Shown here: one piece after another, positions 29,461 to 41,997 of the stretch | How the letters are laid out: each line of letters starts with the position of its first letter | How positions within the stretch are numbered: position 1 is the stretch's first letter | Position numbers and translations under genes: made by a program | Notes under the pieces: generated by a model | The model's database searches: none | The model's input: the letters and a program-made list of their open reading frames with translations, nothing else | Told to the model about the DNA's origin: nothing | Assembly: GCA_965195285.1 (NCBI GenBank) | Contig: CBDAFS010000043.1 | Location: 1 to 64,000, forward strand | Reading direction: 5' to 3' | DNA from: an uncultured Aminicenantes bacterium | GTDB lineage: Bacteria > Acidobacteriota > Aminicenantia > UBA2199 | DNA length: 64,000 nt

Positions 29461-31082
29461 AAAAAAAACATATCATTATCCCCGTATTTTTGCTGATTGC
29501 CATAGCATCAGGGCTGATGGTTGTCTTATCAAGATCCGGAAGAGATACACCCCCTACCAGGATATTTCTGATCACCCTGGATACCACCCGGGCCGATCAT
29601 GTTGACTATTCATTGACCGGCAATACCCTGACACCCAATATAGCCAAACTGGCCCAAGAGGGAATTGTTTTTACCAGGGCCTACTCCCTGATACCCATCA
29701 CCCTGCCCTCTCACGCCTCCATTTTCTACTCTCAGCCTCCTCATTCCCTCAGGGTTTTCAATAACAAACAGGTCAGCCAAGCCCCATTCACCTCGGTTGC
29801 CCAGCATTTCAAAAAGCATGGTTACCGGACCGGGGCCGTGATATCCCTGGGCGTCCTAAGTACCCATTTTGGATTGGCCAAAGGTTTTGATGAATACATT
29901 GAAAATTTCAGGCCCGACATATGGTACAAAACCGCCGGGGAGGTCAACAGGGATGCGTTCGAATTAATCAAAAAAATGTCTTCGGAAAGATCCTTTTTCT
30001 GGATCCACTATTCAGATCCTCATGCTCCCTATTTTCCTCCCCATTACCGAGGTGATTTTTCGGTGCATTTCAACAATCAAAAAATATATTCCTGCAACAG
30101 TATCGATCAAACCCTGGTAAAACTGGAACTGGAAGCCAAACCCGGCAAAAACCTGCTGACGTTAAGAACCCGGTTCCCAAAATCCCCAAAGGTTGATGAT
30201 AAAATTGAAATCAAGGGAATCAACTTCATGAACTTTTCACTGTCCTCCGCTGGAACCGAGGAGGAAATCGAGATAAACCTGTCAAGGAGATGGAAAAAAA
30301 TTGAACCCCGGGGAAAACTGCATTACTTTTCCAAAAGAAAAAGATCCAGAATCGTTTTTCTGAATAAAACCAACCGGAACATCAAAATCAACATTCAGTT
30401 CAATTACAAAATCTTTTTGCATTTCCCTGCCAGTAAAATGCTTTACCGACAGGAAATGCAGTATATGGATTACCATTTTGGTCAATTAATCGATTTTTTA
30501 AAAAAGAATAATCTTTATGAAGATTCCTTTTTCCTGGTCATGGGTGACCACGGAGAAGGATTGGGAGAGCACCGGAAATGTGTGGGACACATTCATTACC
30601 TGAATAAACTCTATCTGAATGTGCCTCTTTTCCTGGCCGGGAAAGGGGTGAAAAAACACAAAACCCCGGATGATCGCCTGGTTTCAAATTTAAATATTGC
30701 GCCCACCTTACTGGAAGTTGCCTGTCTGAATAAACCGGACTCCATGCAGGGGGTATCACTGTTTCAAGCAGAATCCAGCGAGCAACTATTGCTGGAAACC
30801 TATGCGCCGGAAGCATTTTCAGACGGTTTTTCAATCATCAAATATCCCCATCAAATCATTTATTATCCTCAGCTGGAGAAGGACAAATTTGAATTTATCG
30901 ACCTATCCAATGATCCACTGGGGATAAACAATCTGCTCAGTCAATACCAGAATAAAAAAATCAAGGCCGAATTGATGAACACGGTTATAAAATTATCCAA
31001 AGTCATCATCAAAATCAAAAAAAAACCAGGAAAGATTTCAGCAGAGCAAATGGAAATATTAAAATCACTGGGGTACCTATGA
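29457..31082 (+). CDS. Sulfatase-like hydrolase/transferase with internal insertion
   Basis: LDTTRADH, PITLPSH, DPHAPY, GDHGEGLGEH, C-terminal KSLGYL. Confidence 0.85.
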   Translation: MKKKHIIIPVFLLIAIASGLMVVLSRSGRDTPPTRIFLITLDTTRADHVDYSLTGNTLTPNIAKLAQEGIVFTRAYSLIPITLPSHASIFYSQPPHSLRVFNNKQVSQAPFTSVAQHFKKHGYRTGAVISLGVLSTHFGLAKGFDEYIENFRPDIWYKTAGEVNRDAFELIKKMSSERSFFWIHYSDPHAPYFPPHYRGDFSVHFNNQKIYSCNSIDQTLVKLELEAKPGKNLLTLRTRFPKSPKVDDKIEIKGINFMNFSLSSAGTEEEIEINLSRRWKKIEPRGKLHYFSKRKRSRIVFLNKTNRNIKINIQFNYKIFLHFPASKMLYRQEMQYMDYHFGQLIDFLKKNNLYEDSFFLVMGDHGEGLGEHRKCVGHIHYLNKLYLNVPLFLAGKGVKKHKTPDDRLVSNLNIAPTLLEVACLNKPDSMQGVSLFQAESSEQLLLETYAPEAFSDGFSIIKYPHQIIYYPQLEKDKFEFIDLSNDPLGINNLLSQYQNKKIKAELMNTVIKLSKVIIKIKKKPGKISAEQMEILKSLGYL

Positions 31083-32329
31083 CCAAAATCATTGCCCCAA
31101 AGGGCACCAAAGACCTTTTCCAGCCGGAAATTCTCAAATGGCAATTTCTGGAGGCCCGGATCCGGCAATTTTTCTCACGGTTTCTTTATCAGGAGATCCG
31201 CACCCCGATTTTCGAGCACAGCGAACTTTTCCAAAAGGGTATCGGAAGCGAAACCGAGGTGGTTCAAAAAGAAATGTACACTTTCAGGGATAAGGCCAAC
31301 CGGAGTATTACCCTGAGACCGGAAAACACCCCATCGGTTGTGCGGGCAATAATGGAAAACAGCCTGCTGACCGAAATCTTCCCGGCCCGGTTTTTTTATA
31401 TCGGCCCCATGTTTCGCTATGATAAACCCCAGAAGGGGAGGTTCAGGCAATTTCATCAGTTCGGGGTTGAGATATTCGGGGAAACCAGTGCCGAAGTGGA
31501 TGCCGAATTAATTTTTTCGGCCTTTGGCTTTCTGAATGAAGTGAACCTTAAAGATATTGAAATCCATATCAATTCAGTAGGCTGCCCTCAATGCCGGCCG
31601 GGATTCCTGCCTGAACTTCAGGCAGCTGCCCAAAAACAACAAAATGAATTATGCCCGGATTGTCAGAGGAAAATATCAACCAATCCGCTTCGAATTTTTG
31701 ACTGTAAAAAACAGCAGTGCATAGATATATCCAATCAATTCCCCAAAATAACCGATTATTTATGCCAGGACTGCCACGACCACTTCCAGATTGTGCAGAG
31801 AACACTTTCCACATTTGAAGTCCCATTTACACCGAACCCACGCCTGGTCAGAGGGCTGGATTATTATACCCGGACCGTGTTCGAGATCACTTCCGGCCAA
31901 CTAGGGGCCCAGGATGCCCTGCTGGGTGGCGGTAGATATGATCATCTCTTTCAGGAATTGGGTGGAAAGGACATCCCCGCAACCGGTTTTGCAGCCGGAA
32001 TCGAAAGAATCATCCTGCATCTGGATAAAATTCCGGAAACCAAAACCAGTATTATATTCATCGCCTATCAAAATGCTGCCTTGAAAACAGAGGCAATCAA
32101 ATTGTCCGCCTCCCTGCGAAAAAAAGGACTGGCGGTTTTTATGGATTACAATGACCGGAATATCAAAAAGCAATTCAAGAAAAGTGACCGTGTGGGCGCT
32201 GCCTTTACCTTTATCCTGGGAGAGGATGAAATTGCCAACCAATCCATTTCGGTGAAGAACATGAAGACCACCGAACAAACCCAAATAAAAAGAGAGGACC
32301 TGGATCAATGGCTCCGAAAACACATGTAG
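31079..32329 (+). CDS. hisS: Histidine--tRNA ligase
   Basis: LRPENT, FRYDKPQKGRFRQFHQ, LVRGLDYY, GGGRYD. Confidence 0.98.
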   Translation: MTKIIAPKGTKDLFQPEILKWQFLEARIRQFFSRFLYQEIRTPIFEHSELFQKGIGSETEVVQKEMYTFRDKANRSITLRPENTPSVVRAIMENSLLTEIFPARFFYIGPMFRYDKPQKGRFRQFHQFGVEIFGETSAEVDAELIFSAFGFLNEVNLKDIEIHINSVGCPQCRPGFLPELQAAAQKQQNELCPDCQRKISTNPLRIFDCKKQQCIDISNQFPKITDYLCQDCHDHFQIVQRTLSTFEVPFTPNPRLVRGLDYYTRTVFEITSGQLGAQDALLGGGRYDHLFQELGGKDIPATGFAAGIERIILHLDKIPETKTSIIFIAYQNAALKTEAIKLSASLRKKGLAVFMDYNDRNIKKQFKKSDRVGAAFTFILGEDEIANQSISVKNMKTTEQTQIKREDLDQWLRKHM

Positions 32330-34080
32330 ACCAGAAACTGTATTGCGGCAAAATCAATGAAGAATTCATCGGTCAGCAGATAACCATTTACGGCTGGGTT
32401 CAGGTGAAAAGAGAGTTGGGAGGTATTACCTTCGTAGACCTGCGGGACAGAGAGGGAATTCTTCAAATCGTTTTCAATCCGGACTTTTCGGATAGGGAAA
32501 TCATAAAAAAAATTGGCAGAGAATTCATTCTGATGGTTGAAGGGGAAGTCATCCGGAGATCAAATCCGAATCCTGAACTGTTCTCCGGTCAGGTTGAGCT
32601 CAATGCCCGTAAGGTCACCATTTTAAGTGAGTCCGAACTGCCTCCTTTTTTCCCGGAAAACCGCCACCAGGTTTCTGAAGAACTCCGGTTCAAATACCGC
32701 TACCTGGATCTCAGAAACCAAAAAATGCAGAAAAACTTCAAAACCCGAAGTCAAATCAACTTAAAAATTCGAAATTATCTTTCAGATCTCGGATTCTTGG
32801 ATATTGAAACACCGACACTGACCAAGGCAACCCCAGAGGGTGCACGGGATTATCTGGTCCCCTCAAGAATGTACAAAGGGAAGATGTTTGCCCTGCCCCA
32901 GTCACCCCAGATATTCAAGCAATTGCTCATGATATCGGGATTTGATCGATACTACCAGATAACCAAATGCTTTCGGGATGAGGATTTAAGGGCAGACCGG
33001 CAGCCTGAGTTTACCCAGGTTGATATTGAAATGAGTTTTGTCCGGCCAGCGGATCTCATCGAAATCATCAATGGACTAATGCTGGATATTTTTCAACTGA
33101 AAAACAAAAAAAACAACACCCAATTCAAAACCATTCCCTATCAGCAATCCATGAACGAATACGGAACCGATGCTCCGGATCTCAGGATTCCCTATATCAT
33201 TCGCGACTTCAACTCAACGGCAGCTTTGCTGAAATCCAATATACTAAATGGCATTGTCAAAAACAACCAGGTCATAAAAGGTCTGGTTATCCCGGATTCC
33301 GGACAATTCTCCCGGAAGAACCTCGATATCTTAAACCGGTATTGCCAGGATCTGGGCGGCAAGGGAGCGATCTGGATCAAACATTCAGATCAGGGTTTCA
33401 AATCCTCCCTGAAAATCGAACCGGCGGACCTGGAAAAATTTTTCCGGGCCAATCAATTGAATAAGAGCGATATGGTGTTTTTGATAGGAGATGAAACGGA
33501 TAAAGCCCTGTTTCTGGCCGGAAAGCTCAGGGAATACCTGGGCAAATCTTTTCAGGACAAGGATCGATTGGAGTTTGTATGGATTACCGACTTTCCCCTG
33601 TTTTTTTACAATGAAGAAGAAAAACGACTGGATTCGAATCACCACCCCTTTACCTCACCACGGTTGGAGGATGTCGGTCTACTGGATTCAGATCCACTTA
33701 AGGTCAGGTCCATCGCCTATGACCTGGTTTTAAACGGAGTGGAAATCGGTGGGGGAAGTCAACGAATCAAGGATATTGACCTTCAAAAGCGGATATTCGG
33801 ACTTTTAAAACTTTCCGAGACCGAAATGGAAGAAAAATTCGGCTTTTTTCTGAATGCCCTGAAATACGGAGTCCCTCCTCATCTGGGAATTGCCCTGGGT
33901 TTTGATAGAATCATGATGCTATTGACCGGGGAGGAATCCATCCGGGAAATCATTGCATTTCCCAAGACTACCTCTTCTCTTTGCCTCTTAACCGGGTCAC
34001 CATCTTCTGTTTCTGAAAAACAATTGTTGGAATTGGGTCTCAAGGGCATGGATCCAGCTTTCAAAAGGAGCAAAAAATGA
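32308..34080 (+). CDS. aspS: Aspartate--tRNA ligase
   Basis: TPEGARDY, LPQSPQ, FRDEDLRADRQPEFTQ, HHPFT, GAD insertion. Confidence 0.98.
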   Translation: MAPKTHVDQKLYCGKINEEFIGQQITIYGWVQVKRELGGITFVDLRDREGILQIVFNPDFSDREIIKKIGREFILMVEGEVIRRSNPNPELFSGQVELNARKVTILSESELPPFFPENRHQVSEELRFKYRYLDLRNQKMQKNFKTRSQINLKIRNYLSDLGFLDIETPTLTKATPEGARDYLVPSRMYKGKMFALPQSPQIFKQLLMISGFDRYYQITKCFRDEDLRADRQPEFTQVDIEMSFVRPADLIEIINGLMLDIFQLKNKKNNTQFKTIPYQQSMNEYGTDAPDLRIPYIIRDFNSTAALLKSNILNGIVKNNQVIKGLVIPDSGQFSRKNLDILNRYCQDLGGKGAIWIKHSDQGFKSSLKIEPADLEKFFRANQLNKSDMVFLIGDETDKALFLAGKLREYLGKSFQDKDRLEFVWITDFPLFFYNEEEKRLDSNHHPFTSPRLEDVGLLDSDPLKVRSIAYDLVLNGVEIGGGSQRIKDIDLQKRIFGLLKLSETEMEEKFGFFLNALKYGVPPHLGIALGFDRIMMLLTGEESIREIIAFPKTTSSLCLLTGSPSSVSEKQLLELGLKGMDPAFKRSKK

Positions 34081-35444
34081 ACCAGGAAATCATTCAAAAA
34101 CAAAGAAAATTCCCTGCTTCGTTCTGGGCAGCCAATACCATTGAATTATTTGAAAGAGCTGCCTTTTACGCTACTGCATCTTTTGTGGTTATATATTTTC
34201 ATGAAATTCTGGGTATGAGCCCAACCTTTTCTACATTCCTAAATGGCTCTTTGCTGTGGGGACTGGTATATTTACTCCCTATACTCAGTGGTACTCTCGC
34301 AGATAAATTCGGATTCAGGCGATCATTGAGTATTTCATTTATCATTCTTTCATTGGGATATTTCATACTGGGGAATGTCCAAAATATCTGGCCTAAAATT
34401 ATTGGGGCAAAAACTGCGACAGCAATTGATTACAGTATTCCGGTTGTTCTGGGAATTATATTGATTGGCATCGGAGGTTCAATTGTTAAACCCTGTATTG
34501 CCGGTACCATTCAAAAAACATCCGGAACCAGAGCCACTCTGGGCTTCGGCATTTTTTATATGGTAATCAATATTGGATCTATCTCCGGTCGAGGAGTATC
34601 CTATTTTATAAGAACCAATTTCGGAATCCCGGCAATTTTTACCTATGCAGCCACAGTTTTTGCACTCATCGGATTGATCATAGTGGTTTTTATATATCGA
34701 GAACCTGAATATGTCAGTGACGGAAAAAAAGATGGCCAAGTAGTAAATAAAAAAACCCTGGGTCAAGCAATTGCCGGTATCTTTTATGTTTTAAAAAATA
34801 TTAAATTTGTTTTTTTTCTTATTGTAATCGGTTTATTCTGGTTTATTTACGTGCAAATTTATAATTTAATTCCCCTCTTTTTACGCTTTATCGATCCCGG
34901 AGCCCCGGTGGAAATATATACTCTGGCCAATCCAATAATGATTGTTACTTTTCAATTAATAATGACCAAGCTTACCAAAAAATGGACTCCGATTAAATCC
35001 ATACTTATTGGGGTTATTATAACCACAATAGGCATGCTGATAAATATTATCCCTATATTATTATTCACCGATATAGCCAGAAAAGTGACCCTGTGGGAAA
35101 TCATGATTCCCCTGGCAGGTATTTTTATGATCCTCTCACTGGCCGCAATGGCTGTGGGCGAGATGATGTTATCTCCCCGTATGTTTGAATATATAGGAGC
35201 CATTGCTCCAAAAGGAGAAGAAGGATTATACCTGGGATATGCCAATCTGCCTATTGCAATAGGAACAATTGTCGGTTCGCCAATCGGAGGAGCACTTTTT
35301 GAGTATTTTATCTCAACTCCCCATAAAAATGGAGAACCAATCAACCCTATAGCCATGTGGCTGATTGTTGGTTGTATGGGAATCATTTCCATGATAGGAT
35401 TGGCAATTTACGATAAAGTTCTGGTAAAAGAACGGGAATCATAA
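34077..35444 (+). CDS. MFS transporter, POT/PTR peptide-transporter-like
   Basis: ELFERAAFY, GIFYMVINIG, about 12 TM. Confidence 0.85.
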   Translation: MNQEIIQKQRKFPASFWAANTIELFERAAFYATASFVVIYFHEILGMSPTFSTFLNGSLLWGLVYLLPILSGTLADKFGFRRSLSISFIILSLGYFILGNVQNIWPKIIGAKTATAIDYSIPVVLGIILIGIGGSIVKPCIAGTIQKTSGTRATLGFGIFYMVINIGSISGRGVSYFIRTNFGIPAIFTYAATVFALIGLIIVVFIYREPEYVSDGKKDGQVVNKKTLGQAIAGIFYVLKNIKFVFFLIVIGLFWFIYVQIYNLIPLFLRFIDPGAPVEIYTLANPIMIVTFQLIMTKLTKKWTPIKSILIGVIITTIGMLINIIPILLFTDIARKVTLWEIMIPLAGIFMILSLAAMAVGEMMLSPRMFEYIGAIAPKGEEGLYLGYANLPIAIGTIVGSPIGGALFEYFISTPHKNGEPINPIAMWLIVGCMGIISMIGLAIYDKVLVKERES

Positions 35445-35507
35445 ACACTGCCATTCACTCAGACAGGTTATTCTGAAATTGGAATAACAAACATAGAGTA
35501 AAAAAAA

Positions 35508-37496
35508 ATGAATACTGTGAATTCAACAGTACATAAACCATATGTACCTGCATCAATTGTTCAGCGGGATTTTAATATTAAAACAGTCTTATTGGGTATA
35601 ATATTAGGAGCATTGTTTGGCAGTGCAAATGCTTACCTGGGCTTAAAAGTGGGGCTTACCATCAGTACCGCCATCCCGCTGGCAGTAATTTCAGTGGCAA
35701 TTTTAAAATTATTAAAACCGGTCTTTGGTCCTTCCACTATCCTGGAATGCAATATATCCCAAACCACTGGCTCAGCCAGCTCCTCTCTGGCCTCTGGAAT
35801 TATCTTTACTGTGCCAGCCTTGTATATCTGGGTGAATGAACTCAATTTGGACAAATCACAGGAACCTTCATTGCTGCAATTGACCCTGCTGGCGGCCTGC
35901 GGCGGAGTTTTGGGAGTTTTGTTTATGATTCCTCTGCGGAGATTTTTAATTGTCAAGGAACATCAATATCTCCCTTATCCAGAAGGGACTGCCAGTGCAG
36001 AGGTTTTAATCGCTGCCTCTGAGGGAGGATCGTCAGCCAAGAGTATTTTTATGGGACTTGGCATCGGGGCTTTTTTTAAAGGATTAATATCTTTACTCTA
36101 TTTATGGCCCTCAAATATCAAAATTCCAATTCCATTTCTTAAAAAAGGATTGATAGGAATAAAGACCTATCCTGCCCTGCTGGGAGTTGGATACATACTG
36201 GGACGCCGCATTGCCTCTATTATGGCAGGCGGCGGAGCTGTTTCTTGGCTGGTAATCATTCCCTTTATTGCCTGGAAATTTGGAGATCAAGCTATTGCGC
36301 CCCGGGTTCTCGATTATCTGCAATCAAAAGGAGTGGAAGGGGTTTCCCTGATCAGCCAACTTACTCCTGATCAGATTTGGGAGGGATATATTCGTATTAT
36401 CGGTGCTGGTGCTGTAGCAGCCGCAGGAATTTTAACAGTAATCAAATCCGTTCCAACCATGATCCAATCTTTAAAGATTGGAATAAAAGAGCTCCGCTCC
36501 AGTGCATCAGCTTTAAATCAGGGGAAACTGCGGACCGAACAAGACCTCTCAATAAAATATGTGCTTGCGGGTGTCACACTGGTTATTCTGGCTATTACCT
36601 TTATCCCGGGAATCATTGGTAAAGATACCACTATCTTAATGCGCTTTTCGAGTTCTATAGCCATAACCTTTTTTGCTTTTTGTTTTGTTACTGTGTCATC
36701 GCGGATTGTAGGTTTAATCGGAGTATCATCAAATCCTACCTCTGGTATGGCAATTGTCACTATACTCGGTACCGGACTCATATTTCTGACCCTGGGCTGG
36801 ACCGATTTGAGCGGCAAATTTACCGCCTTAACCATTGGAACCATTGTCTGTATCGCCGCCTCAATTGCCGGTGATATATCCCAAGATCTAAAAGCCGGTT
36901 ATCTTTTGGGCGCTACTCCCAGGAAACAGCAGATTGGTGAACTCCTGGGGGCAATCGGATCTGCATTTTTTGTTTGCCTGGCTGTATATTATCTGGGTCA
37001 GGCCTATGGTTTTGGTAGTGAAGAGTTAGCAGCACCTCAGGCAACTCTAATGAAAACGGTTTTAGATGGGGTAATGAATGCCAACCTCAACTGGCTGCTG
37101 GTGGGTATTGGGGCAATTTTTGCAGTTGTAGCCATGTTTTTTAAGATCCCGCCTTTACCATTCGCTGTTGGCATGTATTTACCTCTCTCCACCATGACCC
37201 CGGTGTTTATCGGGGGTATGCTCCGACATTTTATCGAAAAAAAATACGGAAAGGATAAGGAAAAAGTTGAAAAGGGAAAAGATGAGGGAATATTAATGGG
37301 TTCCGGTTTTATTGCCGGTGAAGGGCTGATGGGAGTGGTTATTGCTATTTTTGCAGTCATACTTGGCAGGACTCCAAATTTACTCGAAATTCATTACCCC
37401 GAAAAATGGATGGGCATGGCGGTCTCATCTCTTGTTTTTGGCATTTTAGGATGGTATTTATACCGGATCGCAGCCAAATCAAGGAAAAACAGTTAA
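35508..37496 (+). CDS. OPT family oligopeptide transporter
   Basis: NAYLGLKVG, LPYPEGTA, SNPTSG, QDLKAGYLLGATP, APQA. Confidence 0.95.
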   Translation: MNTVNSTVHKPYVPASIVQRDFNIKTVLLGIILGALFGSANAYLGLKVGLTISTAIPLAVISVAILKLLKPVFGPSTILECNISQTTGSASSSLASGIIFTVPALYIWVNELNLDKSQEPSLLQLTLLAACGGVLGVLFMIPLRRFLIVKEHQYLPYPEGTASAEVLIAASEGGSSAKSIFMGLGIGAFFKGLISLLYLWPSNIKIPIPFLKKGLIGIKTYPALLGVGYILGRRIASIMAGGGAVSWLVIIPFIAWKFGDQAIAPRVLDYLQSKGVEGVSLISQLTPDQIWEGYIRIIGAGAVAAAGILTVIKSVPTMIQSLKIGIKELRSSASALNQGKLRTEQDLSIKYVLAGVTLVILAITFIPGIIGKDTTILMRFSSSIAITFFAFCFVTVSSRIVGLIGVSSNPTSGMAIVTILGTGLIFLTLGWTDLSGKFTALTIGTIVCIAASIAGDISQDLKAGYLLGATPRKQQIGELLGAIGSAFFVCLAVYYLGQAYGFGSEELAAPQATLMKTVLDGVMNANLNWLLVGIGAIFAVVAMFFKIPPLPFAVGMYLPLSTMTPVFIGGMLRHFIEKKYGKDKEKVEKGKDEGILMGSGFIAGEGLMGVVIAIFAVILGRTPNLLEIHYPEKWMGMAVSSLVFGILGWYLYRIAAKSRKNS

Positions 37497-37512
37497 ACTT
37501 TTAAGAGATTTA

Positions 37513-37540
37513 TTGACATAAAAATACTTTTTTTTATAAT
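37513..37540 (+). promoter_or_regulatory. Consensus sigma70 promoter
   Basis: TTGACA-N16-TATAAT upstream of the DUF1015 gene. Confidence 0.75.
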
Positions 37541-37578
37541 ATAGATCGTTTAAGATTAGTAGTTCCAGGAGGTTCTCC

Positions 37579-38817
37579 ATGGTTCGAATTGAGCCTTTCA
37601 AAGGGTTAAGGCCCAAAAAAGACATTGCCCATCTGGTGGCATCGCCACCCTATGACGTATTGAATTCAAAGGAAGCCCGGCAGCTGGCTTCGGGAAATGA
37701 ATTTTCGTTTCTGCATATCATCAAACCAGAGATAGATCTGCCAGAGAATACCGATATCTATTCAGACCCGGTTTATCAAAAAGCAAAGAACAATCTGGAT
37801 TATTTCATCAAAGAAAAAATATTGATGCAGGATTCCCAAAAAAGCTTTTATATCTATAAACAGGTATGGGGGGACCACATCCAGGTCGGCCTGGTGGCCG
37901 GCGCTTCGGTTCAGGATTACCAAGAGAATAAAATCAAAAAGCATGAATTCACCCGGGCAGTAAAAGAAAAGGACCGGATGCGGCATATTGAATCCTTGAA
38001 TGCCAATACCGGCCCGGTATTCCTAACCTTCAAGCACAACCAGGAAATCCTGAAGCTGTTTGAAAAGGCCATGGAAGGCCATCCGGAATACGATTTCAAA
38101 TCGAAAGACGGGGTGCGCCACCTGTTTCACCTGGTCACCGATACACGGCTGATTCAAGACTTGCAAAGGGAATTTTCAAATCTGGATGCCCTCTATGTTG
38201 CCGACGGTCACCACCGGTCCGCAGCTGCAGCCCTGGTCAAGCAAAAGAGGGAGGCCCAGAATTCCGGTCATCACGGGGACGAAGAATACAATTTCTTTTT
38301 ATCGGTGATCTTTCCCCATAATCAGATGAAGATTCTGGCCTACAACCGGGTGGTAAAAAGTTTGGGCAATCAATGCAAAGCCGAATTTTTTCACCGCCTG
38401 TCTGAAAACTTCAGTTATGAAGAGTCAGAGATCAAGGTTCCTCAAAAACCCCGGGAGTTTTGTCTGTACATCGAGGGAAAATGGTACCGGTTGAATGCCC
38501 GGGAGAACAGCTTCAATGTGCACGATCCGGTTGATTCGCTGGATGTTTCCATACTGCAGAAAAATCTCCTGGATCCGGTTCTGGGCATTACCGATCCCAG
38601 AACAGACGACAGAATCGATTTCATCGGTGGTATCCGGGGCACTACCGAATTGGAAAAACGGGTTGATAGCGGGGACTTTAAAATTGCCTTTTCACTCTAT
38701 CCCACCAAAATCGAACAGTTGTTCGCTGTGGCCGATTCTGGCAATGTCATGCCGCCCAAATCAACCTGGTTTGAACCCAAGTTAAGGAGTGGTCTGGTCT
38801 GCCACCTGCTGGATTAA
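37579..38817 (+). CDS. DUF1015 family protein
   Basis: SPPYDV, IKKHEFT, VADGHHR, MPPKSTWFEPKLRSGL. Confidence 0.93.
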   Translation: MVRIEPFKGLRPKKDIAHLVASPPYDVLNSKEARQLASGNEFSFLHIIKPEIDLPENTDIYSDPVYQKAKNNLDYFIKEKILMQDSQKSFYIYKQVWGDHIQVGLVAGASVQDYQENKIKKHEFTRAVKEKDRMRHIESLNANTGPVFLTFKHNQEILKLFEKAMEGHPEYDFKSKDGVRHLFHLVTDTRLIQDLQREFSNLDALYVADGHHRSAAAALVKQKREAQNSGHHGDEEYNFFLSVIFPHNQMKILAYNRVVKSLGNQCKAEFFHRLSENFSYEESEIKVPQKPREFCLYIEGKWYRLNARENSFNVHDPVDSLDVSILQKNLLDPVLGITDPRTDDRIDFIGGIRGTTELEKRVDSGDFKIAFSLYPTKIEQLFAVADSGNVMPPKSTWFEPKLRSGLVCHLLD

Positions 38818-38850
38818 CATTGTTATCAAAAATCCCCAGGAACTCTTGGG

Positions 38851-39769
38851 ATGAGGAGTAAAACGGTGAATATTCTGGATGGAAAAAAAATTGCCGGAGA
38901 AATTCAGGAAAAAATAAAGGAGGAAATCGGTCAACTTAAAAATCAAACCGGTAAAACTCCCGGACTAACGGTTATCATTGTGGGAGAAAATCCGGCTTCC
39001 CAGGCCTATGTCAGGAAAAAACATAAAATTGCCCAGAAACTGAGCATCAATTCACACATCATTGAATTGAAAGCGGAAATTCCAACCCAAGATCTGATCG
39101 AGCAAATCCGGGCCCTGAACCAGGACCCCGGAGTACAGGCCATATTAATTCAACTCCCTCTGCCCGAAAACCACAATACCTGGGAAATCCTGGATCACCT
39201 GGATCCGAAAAAAGATGTCGATTGCTTCCTTCCCGTAAATCTGGGAAATATTCTGTTAAACCGGGCTGAAATCTTCCCCTGTACTCCATCAGGGGTAATG
39301 CAAATGCTGGATTATTACCGTATTGATTTGTCGGGTTTGAATGCAATCATGGTCGGAAGAAGTTTCATCGTGGGCAAGCCCCTGGCCAGCATGCTGACAA
39401 ACCGAAATGCCACGGTAATCCTCTGCCACTCAAAAACCAAAAACCTGCCGGGTTTGGTCAAACAGGCAGACCTCGTGGTAGCAGCCATTGGCAAACCCGG
39501 GTTTATTACCGCCGACATGATCAAAAAAGGGGCCATTCTCATTGATGTGGGGCAAAACTTCCTTTACCGGCAACATGAAGTATTGGAATTTTGTATCGAA
39601 TCCCAGCAGCAGAAATTCAAAAAAAAGGGCTATGGCATTGCCGGTGACATTCATATTAAGGCCTACCCAAAAGCCTCTTACTTCACCCCGGTACCCGGAA
39701 GTGTGGGTCCCATGACCGTGGCCATGCTCATGGCCAATACTCTGAAACTGTTTAAACGACAATATCACC

Positions 39770-39777
<8 letters not shown>
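38851..39777 (+). CDS. folD: Bifunctional methylenetetrahydrofolate dehydrogenase/cyclohydrolase
   Basis: SQAYVRKK, QLPLP, KDVD, PCTPSG, GRSFIVGKP, TPVPGSVGPMT. Confidence 0.95.
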
Positions 39778-41555
<1,778 letters not shown>

Positions 41556-41556
41556 T

Positions 41557-41880
41557 ATGCTTTTATACGGACAATCTGCCGGTGGAGCTGCCCAACCCAG
41601 TATGCTCAGTGCTCTGCTTCCATTCATCATTATCTTTGTCATCTTCTATTTTTTGATCATTATGCCAGCCCGGAAGAAACAAAAAAAACACCAGGCGCTG
41701 GTCGGAGGATTAAAAGGCGGAGAACGGGTGATCACATCCGGAGGTGTTTATGGTACGGTAACCCGGGTAATGGATGACCGGATTGAAGTTGAAGTGGACA
41801 AAAACACCAAATTGCAGATCGCAAAATCCTCGATTTCCGGAGTTGTTGATCAGACCGGAAGTACAGTCAAGGCCAAATAA
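41557..41880 (+). CDS. yajC: Preprotein translocase subunit YajC
   Basis: IFYFLIIMP, GERVITSGGVYG; between tgt and secD. Confidence 0.95.
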   Translation: MLLYGQSAGGAAQPSMLSALLPFIIIFVIFYFLIIMPARKKQKKHQALVGGLKGGERVITSGGVYGTVTRVMDDRIEVEVDKNTKLQIAKSSISGVVDQTGSTVKAK

Positions 41881-41997
41881 GCGGTCAGTTATTCATCTGT
41901 GTCATTCCATGAGCATCGAATAAAAACATTGTAATGTATAGAATCATTTAATAAAATTCTATCGGTTTGCTGATATCAACATTTTTTGGAGGAAAAA

